Assembly: GCA_036000865.1 (NCBI GenBank)
Contig: DASYUV010000002.1
Coordinates: 4,431-68,430, forward strand
From: Candidatus Binatia bacterium
GTDB taxonomy: Bacteria; Desulfobacterota; Binatia; UBA9968
Length of the DNA: 64,000 nucleotides
Direction of reading: 5' to 3'
The notes below the pieces were generated by a model. The model did not search any database, was not told where the DNA came from, and saw only the letters and a program-made list of their open reading frames with translations. Below are positions 9,081 to 17,352 of this stretch, in pieces (the stretch's first letter is position 1; every line of letters begins with the position of its first letter). A program made the translations under genes and the position numbers.

Positions 9081-9548
9081 TTACTTCTTCAAAAATTCCA
9101 AAACTTCGGCCGGATGCGCTTCCGGATTGGTGACGGGAATCCAATGTTTCTTGATCGTACCATCAGGCCCGATCAAGGCCGTGGAGCGGATCGGTCCTTC
9201 GACCGTTTCGCCTTGGGCGTTCTGACGCGGTCCCCAGGCACCATATATTTTCATGACCCCTACTTGCGGGTCAGACAAGAGTACAAACGGTAAGTTAAAC
9301 TTGGCGACGAACTGGTTGTGCGAATCGATATTGTCCCGGCTCACACCTACAACCACGGTATTGGATTGCGTTACGTTTTCAATAGCGTCGCGGAACCCGC
9401 ACGCTTCCTTGGTTCAACCAGGTGTGTCGTCCTTCGGATAAAACCAGAGTATTACGCTTTTCCCGGCGTAGTCGGATAGCGAATGCTTCTTGCCATCGCT
9501 CCCCTCCAAAGTAAATGCCGGGGCCTTTTGACCTTCAAGACCTGCCAT
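9081..9548 (-). CDS. bcp: Selenocysteine-containing Bcp/PrxQ peroxiredoxin (in-frame UGA at 9416-9414, codon 45)
   Basis: One frame runs from ATG 9548 to the stop at 9081 with a single TGA. The translation [54 protein letters not shown] aligns residue-for-residue with the Cys paralog (..[19 protein letters not shown]). The UGA replaces the peroxidatic Cys codon. The ORF track shows only the 3' part (9081..9356). Confidence 0.8.
9384..9405 (-). promoter_or_regulatory. Candidate bacterial SECIS hairpin of the Sec-Bcp mRNA
   Basis: The mRNA, starting 8 nt after the UGA, reads AGCG-U-GCGG-GUU-CCGC-GA-CGCU. This is a stem with a bulged U and a G/U apical loop about 17-20 nt downstream of the UGA. 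Confidence 0.5.
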
Positions 9549-9707
9549 TGCGCCACCTCCGTCATGTTTAATGTGACCTTTTGTTTATCACACCCGCAAA
9601 CGATCAATCAAATCTAACTTTGCCTGGTCGCAGGATTTAGCTCTGGACGAACGCCTTGCGCTGGTTTGGGCCACCGTTTGGTGCGCTTTTGATATTCGAA
9701 GATTGCT

Positions 9708-9752
9708 GATCGAGGATAGAAGATCGCGATCCTCAATCGTCCATCCTCGATC
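9708..9752. repeat. GA-rich/CT-rich palindromic repeat, family C, copy 1 (closed hairpin)
   Basis: gatcgaggatagaagatcgc / gcgatcctcaatcgtccatcctcgatc form an imperfect long hairpin. It uses the same GAGGAT/ATCCTC word set as the copies at 27574, 28105 and 29086. Confidence 0.7.
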
Positions 9753-9820
9753 ATCGGCTATTCCGCGACCACGCGACCACGTTGTCAACGCGAAATGTTG
9801 ACGGTATATTTCACTTACGA

Positions 9821-10909
9821 ATGGCGAAGCAATCTTCCTTAGCGGACTTTCACAAAGGCAACGGCGCTATTTTTTCCGAGCGCGACGGCTGGCTGTTGCC
9901 AAGCCACTTCGGCAACCCCGCTGCCGAATACACAGCCGTGCGCTCTACTTGCGGCTTCATCGATCTGTCACACCGCGGCTTGCTGCAATTGACCGGCCCG
10001 GACCGCCTGTCTTTCCTGCAGGGCTTGCTATCGAACGATCTCAAGCTCTTGAAACCTTTCGAGGGCCAGTACGCGACTCTGTTAACACAGCAAGGAAAAG
10101 TTATTGCAGACGTTCGGGTGCTCTGCTCACTCAATTCTTTTTATCTGGATTTTTGGGAAAACCTGAAAGACCGGGTGATCGAGCATCTCAACCGCTATTT
10201 GGTCGCCGATGAAGTCGAGATCGCCGACCGCTCGGATGAATATGCGACGCTGTCAGTCCAAGGGTCACAGTCCGAAGCGCTCCTGCAAAAACTCTTTGGC
10301 ACAACTGAATTGCCTGCAAAGCCTATGCATCACGCCATGGTCAATGTTGATGGAACGGCGATTTGCGTGGTCCGCGCCAGCCATACCGGCGAAGCGGGGT
10401 TCGATCTCATTGCGCCAAAAGCCGATCAAAGAAATCTGGCGACGCGATTGACGGAAAGTGGTACGCCATTTTCCGCGGCGTGGGTCGGCGAGGACGCGCA
10501 CAATGTTCTCCGCGTTGAGGCCGGAATTCCACGCTACGGCGTCGACTTCTCCGACGATAACTTGCTCTTGGAAGTCGGTATAGAAGATGCCTACAGCTAC
10601 ACCAAAGGTTGCTATTTGGGCCAGGAGGTCGTCGAGCGTATCCGCTCGCGCGGCCATGTCAACAAAAAGCTCTGCGGGTTGATGCTAGAAGAATCTCAGC
10701 CCGCCAAATCTGGCGCGCCACTGTACGCAGCCGAAAAGGAAGTCGGCCAAATCACCAGTTCAGTCGTTTCTCCGCGTGTGCGCCGAGTGATCGCTCTCGG
10801 TTATGTGCACAAGGATTTTTGGCAACCGGGCACGGAGCTTTCGATCCACCGGGAGGGCAACAAGGCCGGCGCGATTGTGACGCCCGTGCCGTTCACAACG
10901 TCCCCTTGA
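9821..10909 (+). CDS. Folate-binding YgfZ / aminomethyltransferase (GcvT)-family protein
   Basis: GcvT-family N-terminus (FIDLSHRGLLQLTGPDRLSFLQGLLSNDL) and C-terminal barrel. ATG 9821 is preferred over the TTG at 9782 given by the ORF track. Confidence 0.8.
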   Translation: MAKQSSLADFHKGNGAIFSERDGWLLPSHFGNPAAEYTAVRSTCGFIDLSHRGLLQLTGPDRLSFLQGLLSNDLKLLKPFEGQYATLLTQQGKVIADVRVLCSLNSFYLDFWENLKDRVIEHLNRYLVADEVEIADRSDEYATLSVQGSQSEALLQKLFGTTELPAKPMHHAMVNVDGTAICVVRASHTGEAGFDLIAPKADQRNLATRLTESGTPFSAAWVGEDAHNVLRVEAGIPRYGVDFSDDNLLLEVGIEDAYSYTKGCYLGQEVVERIRSRGHVNKKLCGLMLEESQPAKSGAPLYAAEKEVGQITSSVVSPRVRRVIALGYVHKDFWQPGTELSIHREGNKAGAIVTPVPFTTSP

Positions 10910-10971
10910 ATCCCCTTTTCAAATCCGTATATTAATCGGAACTTTCGCGGGTAAATGAAAGGAACTACGGA

Positions 10972-11280
10972 ATGGCCAATTTTGTCAAGATTTGTAAGAC
11001 CAGCGACGTCAAAGCCGGCTGCGGCAAAAGCGTTGAGATCGATGGTAAAGCGGTCGGGGTATTCAATGTCGACGGCAAGTTTTACGCGATCAACGACGTA
11101 TGCGGCCATCGTGGTGGCCCGCTGGGCGAGGGCGAACTGGACGGCACCACGGTGATCTGCCCCTGGCATGGCTGGCGCTACAACGTTACCAGCGGCGAGA
11201 ACGAGCTCGTACCCAATCTCCCGACGGAAAAATACGAAGTGAAAGTGGAAGACGACGAGATTCTGGTCGAGCTGCCCTAA
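10972..11280 (+). CDS. Rieske [2Fe-2S] domain protein (NirD-like small ferredoxin)
   Basis: 102 aa with Rieske ligands CGHRGGPL ... CPWHGWRY. Confidence 0.85.
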   Translation: MANFVKICKTSDVKAGCGKSVEIDGKAVGVFNVDGKFYAINDVCGHRGGPLGEGELDGTTVICPWHGWRYNVTSGENELVPNLPTEKYEVKVEDDEILVELP

Positions 11281-11303
11281 CTGGGCACACGCTAAATGCA
11301 AAA

Positions 11304-11339
11304 GGGCCCGCTGTCTCGGTCGAGGCAGCGGGCCTTTTT
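11304..11339. terminator. Bidirectional rho-independent terminator between convergent genes
   Basis: aaaa-GGGCCCGCTG-tctcggtcgag-GCAGCGGGCC-ttttt. A GC stem is flanked by an A-tract and a T-tract, and sits between the Rieske (+) and NUDIX (-) genes. Confidence 0.75.
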
Positions 11340-11351
11340 CGCTTTTCGACC

Positions 11352-11906
11352 TTATGATTTTAGATAAAGTTTAATGTAATCGTTGAGCGCGTCTTTGGTG
11401 CTGTCAAAGGCAAGATCGCGCCACGGCACTTCATTGGGCGGGAAAATGCGCGCTTCAATAGATTCATCGGCGGCAGCGAGCTCGCCGCCCATCACTTCGG
11501 CTGTGTAGACTACGATCACATTCGGCGAGCGGGAATAGGAATAGATGTTGAGCAGCGGTCCAAGCTTTACATCCAGTTGCGATTCTTCCTTGGTCTCGCG
11601 CACGGCCGCATCCGGGACGCTCTCGCCGCGATCGACGTAGCCACCCGGGAATACCCACTTGCCCAGCGCCGGCTCGACGCCTCGTTTAAGCAAAACAATA
11701 CCACCGTTCAGCATAAACACAGTACCCGCAACGACTTTGGGATCCTGATAGAATATGAATGAGCAAGCTTGACAAACCAGCCGCTTGGGTTCGTGGGACT
11801 TTACCAATCGGTGTTCCAGTCCGCCGCCACAGCGTGGGCAGAAGCGATATTCGATTTGTCCATGCGCGTGGGCTTCGTGATGGTGGCGATGATGGTCTGA
11901 TGTCAT
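11352..11906 (-). CDS. NUDIX hydrolase with N-terminal zinc ribbon
   Basis: Nudix box GGYVDRGESVPDAAVRETKEESQL. N-terminal CPRCGG...CQAC zinc-ribbon motif. Confidence 0.85.
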   Translation of the reverse strand: MTSDHHRHHHEAHAHGQIEYRFCPRCGGGLEHRLVKSHEPKRLVCQACSFIFYQDPKVVAGTVFMLNGGIVLLKRGVEPALGKWVFPGGYVDRGESVPDAAVRETKEESQLDVKLGPLLNIYSYSRSPNVIVVYTAEVMGGELAAADESIEARIFPPNEVPWRDLAFDSTKDALNDYIKLYLKS

Positions 11907-11965
11907 GGTTTTCTTTTTATCCCATATTCGGTTGAAACAAAAGGATATTTCTGCAATCGTGAAGC

Positions 11966-12643
11966 ATGCTTCGCGCCGTGATTTTCGATTTCAATGGCAT
12001 CATCGTTAACGATGAGCCGATCCATTTCAAGCTGTTCCAACGGGTCCTCGGCGAGGAAGGAATCATCCTTACCGAAGACGCCTACTACGCGCGTTATCTG
12101 GGCTTTGACGATCGCGGCGCATTCATCGCCGGATTTCGCGACAATGATCGCTCTTTGACGGACCAAAAGCTATCCGAATTGATCGATCGCAAGGCGCTGT
12201 ATTATCAGGACGCGATAAGGAATCACGTAGTCATTTTTCCAGGAGTCAAAACCTTGGTATACGAGCTGGCTCCAAGCGTCCCTCTCGCGGTCGCTTCTGG
12301 AGCTTTGCGCCACGAGATCGCAACAATTCTCACAACTGCGGGATTGTTAAATTACTTTCAAGTAATCGTCAGCGCCGAAGACGTCAAGCAAGGCAAGCCC
12401 GAGCCAGAAATTTTTTTGAGGGTCCTGGCGAAGCTCAATGCGAGCGCCAGCCCGCAGATCGAAGCGGCTAATTGCGTCGTGATTGAAGATTCGAAAGAAG
12501 GTATCCGCGGCGCCCGCGCCGCCGGCATGAAATGCTTGGCGGTAACGAATTCACATCCAGCCGAGTTGCTCGGTGAAGCAAACGCAGTCGTGAAGAGCCT
12601 CGAAGAAGTCACGCTGCCCCTGCTGCAAAAGCTCTGCGAATAA
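11966..12643 (+). CDS. HAD-superfamily hydrolase (beta-phosphoglucomutase-like subfamily IA)
   Basis: Motif I VIFDFNGII, motif II ASGA, and the C-terminal motifs KPEPEIF and VIEDSKEGIRGARAAGM. Confidence 0.85.
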   Translation: MLRAVIFDFNGIIVNDEPIHFKLFQRVLGEEGIILTEDAYYARYLGFDDRGAFIAGFRDNDRSLTDQKLSELIDRKALYYQDAIRNHVVIFPGVKTLVYELAPSVPLAVASGALRHEIATILTTAGLLNYFQVIVSAEDVKQGKPEPEIFLRVLAKLNASASPQIEAANCVVIEDSKEGIRGARAAGMKCLAVTNSHPAELLGEANAVVKSLEEVTLPLLQKLCE

Positions 12644-12720
12644 CAATTTGTCTTCGGCGTAATTCGAAATTCCTGAACAGTGCATCCCAGCCACCTGTAA
12701 TGACTCGGGGACGGAATCGG

Positions 12721-12753
12721 ATGTAGGGGCAGGTTTCAAACCTGCCCCTACAT
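12721..12753. repeat. 33-nt perfect palindrome, family D, copy 1
   Basis: ATGTAGGGGCAGGTTTCAAACCTGCCCCTACAT. A near-identical hairpin is at 36595-36623. Flanking ..ggaatcgg / ..ggaatgacgg motifs are shared with other repeat families. Confidence 0.8.
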
Positions 12754-12824
12754 GAAATGGCCACGCCTCGATGGAATGACGGCAATTGGTCAGCCATTGA
12801 CGCGCGCGTTTTTTAGTTAAGACG

Positions 12825-13544
12825 TTACCGATACGGCGACCTTTGCGGCCGCACCGTGATTTCCACCGGACAACTCGTGCTGGGCGAACTTAGAACGTAA
12901 TGAACCGCCAGCGCGATATCGTCGGCCTGAATCATTTTACTGCGATCGAGCTGTCGGTTGGGGGGGATAAGCGGCGTGTCGACGAAGCCGGGCAAAATCA
13001 CTGAAACTTTGATGCCCTGCTCCCGCACTTCATCGTAGAGGGACTGCGTGAAACCGATCAGGCCAAACTTTGACGCGGAGTAGGCTGCGCCGTTGGCTTC
13101 ACCGGTCTTGCCGGAAACCGAACCGATATTGATCACCGCCCCTTCGCCCTTGGCGATCATCGCCGGTAATAATTTTTGCGCGAGAATCATCGGCGCGCGC
13201 AGATTGAGACGCAACGTTCGATCCCAGTCCTCGACATTTGCGCGGATCACCGCCGCCCGTTTGCCCCAGCCTGCGTTGTTGATAAGAATATCGACGCTCC
13301 CCCACTCCTTAGAACTCTTCTCCACGAGGCGCTCGATTTCGTCGTCCCGCGTTAGATCCGTCGGTATTGCGACCGCCGCACCGCCATTTGTGTGGATTGT
13401 TTCTCGGACCACGTCGAGTTGTTCGCGCGTTCGCGCCGCCAAAATTACCCGGCAACCGGATTTCGCGAGTGAAATGGCGATTGCCCTACCGATGCCTCTG
13501 CCGGCTCCGGTAACGAGGGCAACTTTTCCGTTGAGACTGGTCAC
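12825..13544 (-). CDS. SDR family oxidoreductase
   Basis: TGAGRGIGRA cofactor motif, NNAG, and catalytic YSASK. Confidence 0.9.
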   Translation of the reverse strand: MTSLNGKVALVTGAGRGIGRAIAISLAKSGCRVILAARTREQLDVVRETIHTNGGAAVAIPTDLTRDDEIERLVEKSSKEWGSVDILINNAGWGKRAAVIRANVEDWDRTLRLNLRAPMILAQKLLPAMIAKGEGAVINIGSVSGKTGEANGAAYSASKFGLIGFTQSLYDEVREQGIKVSVILPGFVDTPLIPPNRQLDRSKMIQADDIALAVHYVLSSPSTSCPVEITVRPQRSPYR

Positions 13545-13562
13545 TGCTCCTGTGTGAATTGC

Positions 13563-13985
13563 CTAGTGAACCGTGGGGGTCTCGTCGTCAGGCGGCGATT
13601 GCGCTACGGTGGAACCGTGGTGATGAATCATGCGCCAACCGTCGCTGCTTTTCTGGAAAATATTGGTCGCAAGGATGCTCGCCGAGACCTTTTGGCCTTC
13701 GACGATGCTATTGAGGTTTTCGTATAGCGTCACCCAGGCCAGCTCACCATGAATTTCAATCTTGACATCGGTCAAGGTGAAGTGGATCGACGGGGTATTC
13801 TCGAAGATGCGCCGCCAGCTCTCCATAACTGGTTTCCACCCGCGCAAGATGCGCCAGCCCGGATGGCCGCACTGAATTTCGCCGTCTTTGACCCAAAGCG
13901 ACTCCATGCGTTTGATATCAAGGCTTTCAAACGCCCGATAAAAGGCCAGATTAGCATTCGCGACGTCTTGTTCATCGGCAGTCAT
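13563..13985 (-). CDS. NTF2-like (SnoaL/DUF4440) family protein
   Basis: 140 aa. The pattern ANLAFYRAFESLDIKRMESLW ... WRMIHHHGS is typical of DUF4440/SnoaL-like proteins. Confidence 0.7.
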   Translation of the reverse strand: MTADEQDVANANLAFYRAFESLDIKRMESLWVKDGEIQCGHPGWRILRGWKPVMESWRRIFENTPSIHFTLTDVKIEIHGELAWVTLYENLNSIVEGQKVSASILATNIFQKSSDGWRMIHHHGSTVAQSPPDDETPTVH

Positions 13986-13990
13986 AGGAT

Positions 13991-14317
13991 CTAATGCTGC
14001 GGCTTGGGAGTGACGAACACCAGTGTCACCAGTCGCTGCTGGGCGCGATTGAACACGCCGTGATTTTGCCCGGCGGGCGCAAGTGCGATTTCGCCCGGAC
14101 CGAGTTCCCGCTCTTCATCGCCGACCGTAAACACGCCTCGCCCCTCGATCACGTAATAAACCTTATCCTGACCGTTATGCGTGTGCGGACTCTGCTCTTG
14201 TCCCGGCTCGAAGCAGTAGGTGTCGCAAAAAAATCTATCGGTTTCGAACACGCCATTTTTCTTCATCTTATCCGATGAAAACTGCCTTGCATCCGCAAGC
14301 GTCTTGAAGTTACTCAT
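13991..14317 (-). CDS. Cupin domain protein
   Basis: Cupin motifs GQEQSPHTHNGQDKVYYVIEG and GEIALAPAGQNHGV. Confidence 0.8.
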   Translation of the reverse strand: MSNFKTLADARQFSSDKMKKNGVFETDRFFCDTYCFEPGQEQSPHTHNGQDKVYYVIEGRGVFTVGDEERELGPGEIALAPAGQNHGVFNRAQQRLVTLVFVTPKPQH

Positions 14318-14407
14318 AGCGACTCACTCCCATCTGCGATCATATCCCGGATACTACCACAGGCCCAACGGCATGCAAAAGCGCGGCATTTTTGTTATCT
14401 GTAAGTG

Positions 14408-15607
14408 ATGGATTCCGTGCTGATCCGTTACCACGAAATCGCGCTCAAGAAAGGCAATCGTCAATATTTCACCGAGTTGCTCAAGCGCAATCTGCTCGCC
14501 GCAGTCAAGGACCTCGGCCCAAAGGAGGTTCGCAGTTTACCCGCTCGCTTGTTGCTAACCTTCAAAAAAGACATCGATGCGGAAATCGCGATTCAGCGCA
14601 TCCGCACGGTGTTTGGCGTTGCGAATTTTTCACTTGTCGAGCGCACCGCCAGAGATATCAATGCACTGCGGACACGAATATTGGAATCGCTCAATGGCGC
14701 GCAGTTCGAATCTTTTCGCATCGAGACCCAACGGGGCGATAAAACATTTCCACTCACTTCTCCCGAGATCAACCGCCAGCTCGGCGCCGCGGTGAAAGAA
14801 AAGTCCCGCGCGCGCGTGGACCTGATGAACGCGGAATTTACCGTGACGGTGGAGATCCTGCCGCGCGACGCTTTTTTTGGCTTCAACAAAATTGCCGGAG
14901 CCGGCGGTTTGCCGGTTGGGGCCAGCGGGCGATTGATCGCTTTGATCTCCGGCGGCATCGACTCCCCTGTGGCGTCTTATCGAATGATGCAGCGTGGCTG
15001 CCGGGTGATTTTCGTTCACTTCCACAGCGCGCCTTATCAGGATAACACGTCCCAGGAAAAAGTACGGCAGCTGATAACCACTTTGACCCGCCATCAATTT
15101 CTTTCGCGTCTCTATCTCGTGCCGTTCGGCGAGATTCAACGCCAGATCGTCGCATCGGTCACGCGGCCGCTGCGCGTGATTCTGTACCGGCGCATGATGC
15201 TGCGCATCGCCGAGGCGATCGCCCGAAAGGAAAAAGCCAAAGCGTTGGTGACCGGGGAAAGCCTCGGCCAGGTGGCTTCACAGACTCTCGATAATATGGT
15301 GGTGGTTCAACAGGCGGCGCGCCTGCCGATCCTGCGACCGCTGGTCGGCATGGACAAGCAGGAAATCATCGATCAAGCGCGCCGCATCGGCACGTTCGAT
15401 ATTTCGACGATTCCCGATCAGGACTGCTGCCAACTGTTCGTGCCCAAGCATCCGGCGACCAAAGCCCGCTTTGCTGACGTGGAGCAGGACGAAACGAAAT
15501 TCGATGTAAACGAATTAATACGTCATGGTATCGACAACGCGACGGAGGAAGAATTCACCTTTCCGCCCCACTCTAAAGCCGACGCAACCGCGAAGCAAAG
15601 TTTTTAG
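14408..15607 (+). CDS. thiI: tRNA 4-thiouridine(8) synthase ThiI (no rhodanese domain)
   Basis: THUMP-type N-terminus (IRYHEIALKKGNR), PP-loop SGGIDSPVA, and the conserved LVTGESLGQVASQTL motif. ATG 14408 lies one codon inside the GTG given by the ORF track. Confidence 0.9.
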   Translation: MDSVLIRYHEIALKKGNRQYFTELLKRNLLAAVKDLGPKEVRSLPARLLLTFKKDIDAEIAIQRIRTVFGVANFSLVERTARDINALRTRILESLNGAQFESFRIETQRGDKTFPLTSPEINRQLGAAVKEKSRARVDLMNAEFTVTVEILPRDAFFGFNKIAGAGGLPVGASGRLIALISGGIDSPVASYRMMQRGCRVIFVHFHSAPYQDNTSQEKVRQLITTLTRHQFLSRLYLVPFGEIQRQIVASVTRPLRVILYRRMMLRIAEAIARKEKAKALVTGESLGQVASQTLDNMVVVQQAARLPILRPLVGMDKQEIIDQARRIGTFDISTIPDQDCCQLFVPKHPATKARFADVEQDETKFDVNELIRHGIDNATEEEFTFPPHSKADATAKQSF

Positions 15608-15626
15608 TGCATCGTTCGATACTTCT

Positions 15627-15743
15627 GTCGTCATGCCGGCGCATGCCGGCATCCAGGTCAGTCCTGTTTAAACAAAGCGCAAACAAAAGACTGGATTCCA
15701 GCCGGAGTCTATCCTGAGCGAAGTCGAAGGGCCGGAATGACGG
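15627..15743 (+). repeat. MITE-like intergenic repeat, family B, copy 1
   Basis: cgtcATGCCGGCgcatGCCGGCATccagg ... ctggattccagccggagtctatcctgagcg..gtcgaagggccggaatgacgg. The ends are imperfect inverted repeats (CGTCATGCCGG / CCGGAATGACG). Other copies are at 26269, 37568, 56383 (reversed) and 40960 (partial). Confidence 0.8.
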
Positions 15744-15766
15744 AAAAGAAAACGTCGATTAGCTGA

Positions 15767-16738
15767 TCACACGTAGTGTTGTATTTTCTGTAAACTCGGA
15801 GGAAAAAATAAATCTGCCGGCTCCGGCTTCTTCTTGATCATCCCCTGCTCGTATTCGTACCGAATAACCGCCTCTAAAGCTTTCCGATTGTCTTCCAAAT
15901 TGTACGGCCAAGGATCCGGGCCGAAAATTTCTTGCTGTTCGCGGATGAGGTCTTGTACCCACACGAGCGCAAAGCTGCGCGGGTCGCTGTTGCGCGCGTA
16001 ACAGATTTCTTTTGCTCTCTGGAAAGCCTGCACTAAACTCATGCCCACCCACGGATGCGTTTCCAGAATTTCATTCTTTACGACAACCGTGTGCATGATC
16101 GGGAAGAAGCCGCCGTTTTTGTAGTAGTCGATCTCGGCTTTCTTGGGATCAGGAAAGAGCAACGCCACTTTCGGATTGCCGCTGCGAATCGATGGCAGCG
16201 TTTCCGGGTACAGCGCGGCTTCCAACTCGCCATCTAAAAGCATCTGATCGACGTTTTTGCCTTGCCGCACCACTCGAACCTTCATCCATTTGGCCGGCTC
16301 GAACGGGATGTCCTCCTCTTCCTGACAGCACCACTCGATAGTCTTTAGATCGACGCCATAATGATCTTGCAAGATGCCGCGCATCCACAGGCCGGCGGAA
16401 TTCTGCAGGGTATCCAGCCCGACGCGCTTGCCGTTGAGATCGGACGGTTTGTCAATGCCGCAACCGGTTCTTTTCACCATATACTGATGGCGAAAACGGC
16501 GGTGGGGAAATACCGGAATAGCGTTGTAGTTGCATCCCCTGTCCCGCGCCACGAGATAGCCCACCAGCGACAACTCGCACACGTCGAACTCTTGATGGCG
16601 CAGCATTCGTCCATGTCGCTCCGGCGAGGGCATAGTCAGCACGTTCAGATCGATCCCCTGCGGCTGGATTTCGCCGTTGATCAGCGGGCGCAGAAAATCG
16701 TAATCGCCGCAGGCGAGGGTCAAGTTTAGCTTCGCCAT
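15767..16738 (-). CDS. 4,5-dihydroxyphthalate decarboxylase-like protein (cytoplasmic periplasmic-binding-protein fold)
   Basis: N-terminus MAKLNLTLACGDYDFLRPLINGEIQPQGIDLN with ...FDVCELSLVGY...AIPVFPHRRFRH matches the Pht5-type family. No signal peptide. Confidence 0.7.
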   Translation of the reverse strand: MAKLNLTLACGDYDFLRPLINGEIQPQGIDLNVLTMPSPERHGRMLRHQEFDVCELSLVGYLVARDRGCNYNAIPVFPHRRFRHQYMVKRTGCGIDKPSDLNGKRVGLDTLQNSAGLWMRGILQDHYGVDLKTIEWCCQEEEDIPFEPAKWMKVRVVRQGKNVDQMLLDGELEAALYPETLPSIRSGNPKVALLFPDPKKAEIDYYKNGGFFPIMHTVVVKNEILETHPWVGMSLVQAFQRAKEICYARNSDPRSFALVWVQDLIREQQEIFGPDPWPYNLEDNRKALEAVIRYEYEQGMIKKKPEPADLFFPPSLQKIQHYV

Positions 16739-17329
16739 CTATTTTCCTTTAACGTGCTGTCGATATAATTCCGGCGTGTCGATATCGACGGTAATTCCCC
16801 GTTCGTCCGTCTCAATTTCCAATGTCTCAGCGCCGTGCGAATTCACGACCGCCTTGGCGCCTTGATCCACAGGCGCATCCAGTAGTTCGCCAAAGAGCTT
16901 CCGTGAGAATAGTACGGGATGTCCCCTTTTATCCTGGTAACGCGGCACGACGATGAGCTTCGTCGATTCGTAGAATCGCTGGATCATCAGATCCACCAAT
17001 GTGCCATCAATGTAGGGGTGATCGACGAGATGAACGAGCATGCCGTCGCAATGCTCGTCCGATTGCAAGTGGCGCACGGCCGTTTGCAGCGACGACAACT
17101 GCCCCAGTGAGTAATCAGGATTGATTAATATTTCGACCGGCAGATGCGCGATTTTCGGACTGATCTCTTCCGCCTGATGGCCGATCACGACGATGATTTT
17201 TCCGAGCTGCGTCCGTCTCAATTCACTGACGATTCTTTCAAGAAAGGTTTGGCCCTCGATCGGCAGCAGCGCTTTTGGCTGACCCATGCGGCTCGATTCA
17301 CCCGCAGATAGAACGACGCCGACTATCAT
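16739..17329 (-). CDS. MobA-like NTP transferase (molybdenum cofactor cytidylyltransferase MocA-like)
   Basis: N-terminus VVLSAGESSRMGQPKALLPIEG is typical of the MobA/MocA family. Confidence 0.8.
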   Translation of the reverse strand: MIVGVVLSAGESSRMGQPKALLPIEGQTFLERIVSELRRTQLGKIIVVIGHQAEEISPKIAHLPVEILINPDYSLGQLSSLQTAVRHLQSDEHCDGMLVHLVDHPYIDGTLVDLMIQRFYESTKLIVVPRYQDKRGHPVLFSRKLFGELLDAPVDQGAKAVVNSHGAETLEIETDERGITVDIDTPELYRQHVKGK

Positions 17330-17352
17330 AGTTTAGCAACTTGATTCGGTAA

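Noticed and set aside
9414-9416. The TGA in the Bcp paralog and the TGA at 54755-54757 read as ordinary premature stops (pseudogenes)
   Set aside because: In both cases conserved, family-typical sequence continues in the same frame on both sides. The codon falls exactly on the known redox-active Cys/Sec position, and a hairpin follows at SECIS distance. Genuine frameshifts elsewhere in the window look different, with a frame change and loss of similarity.
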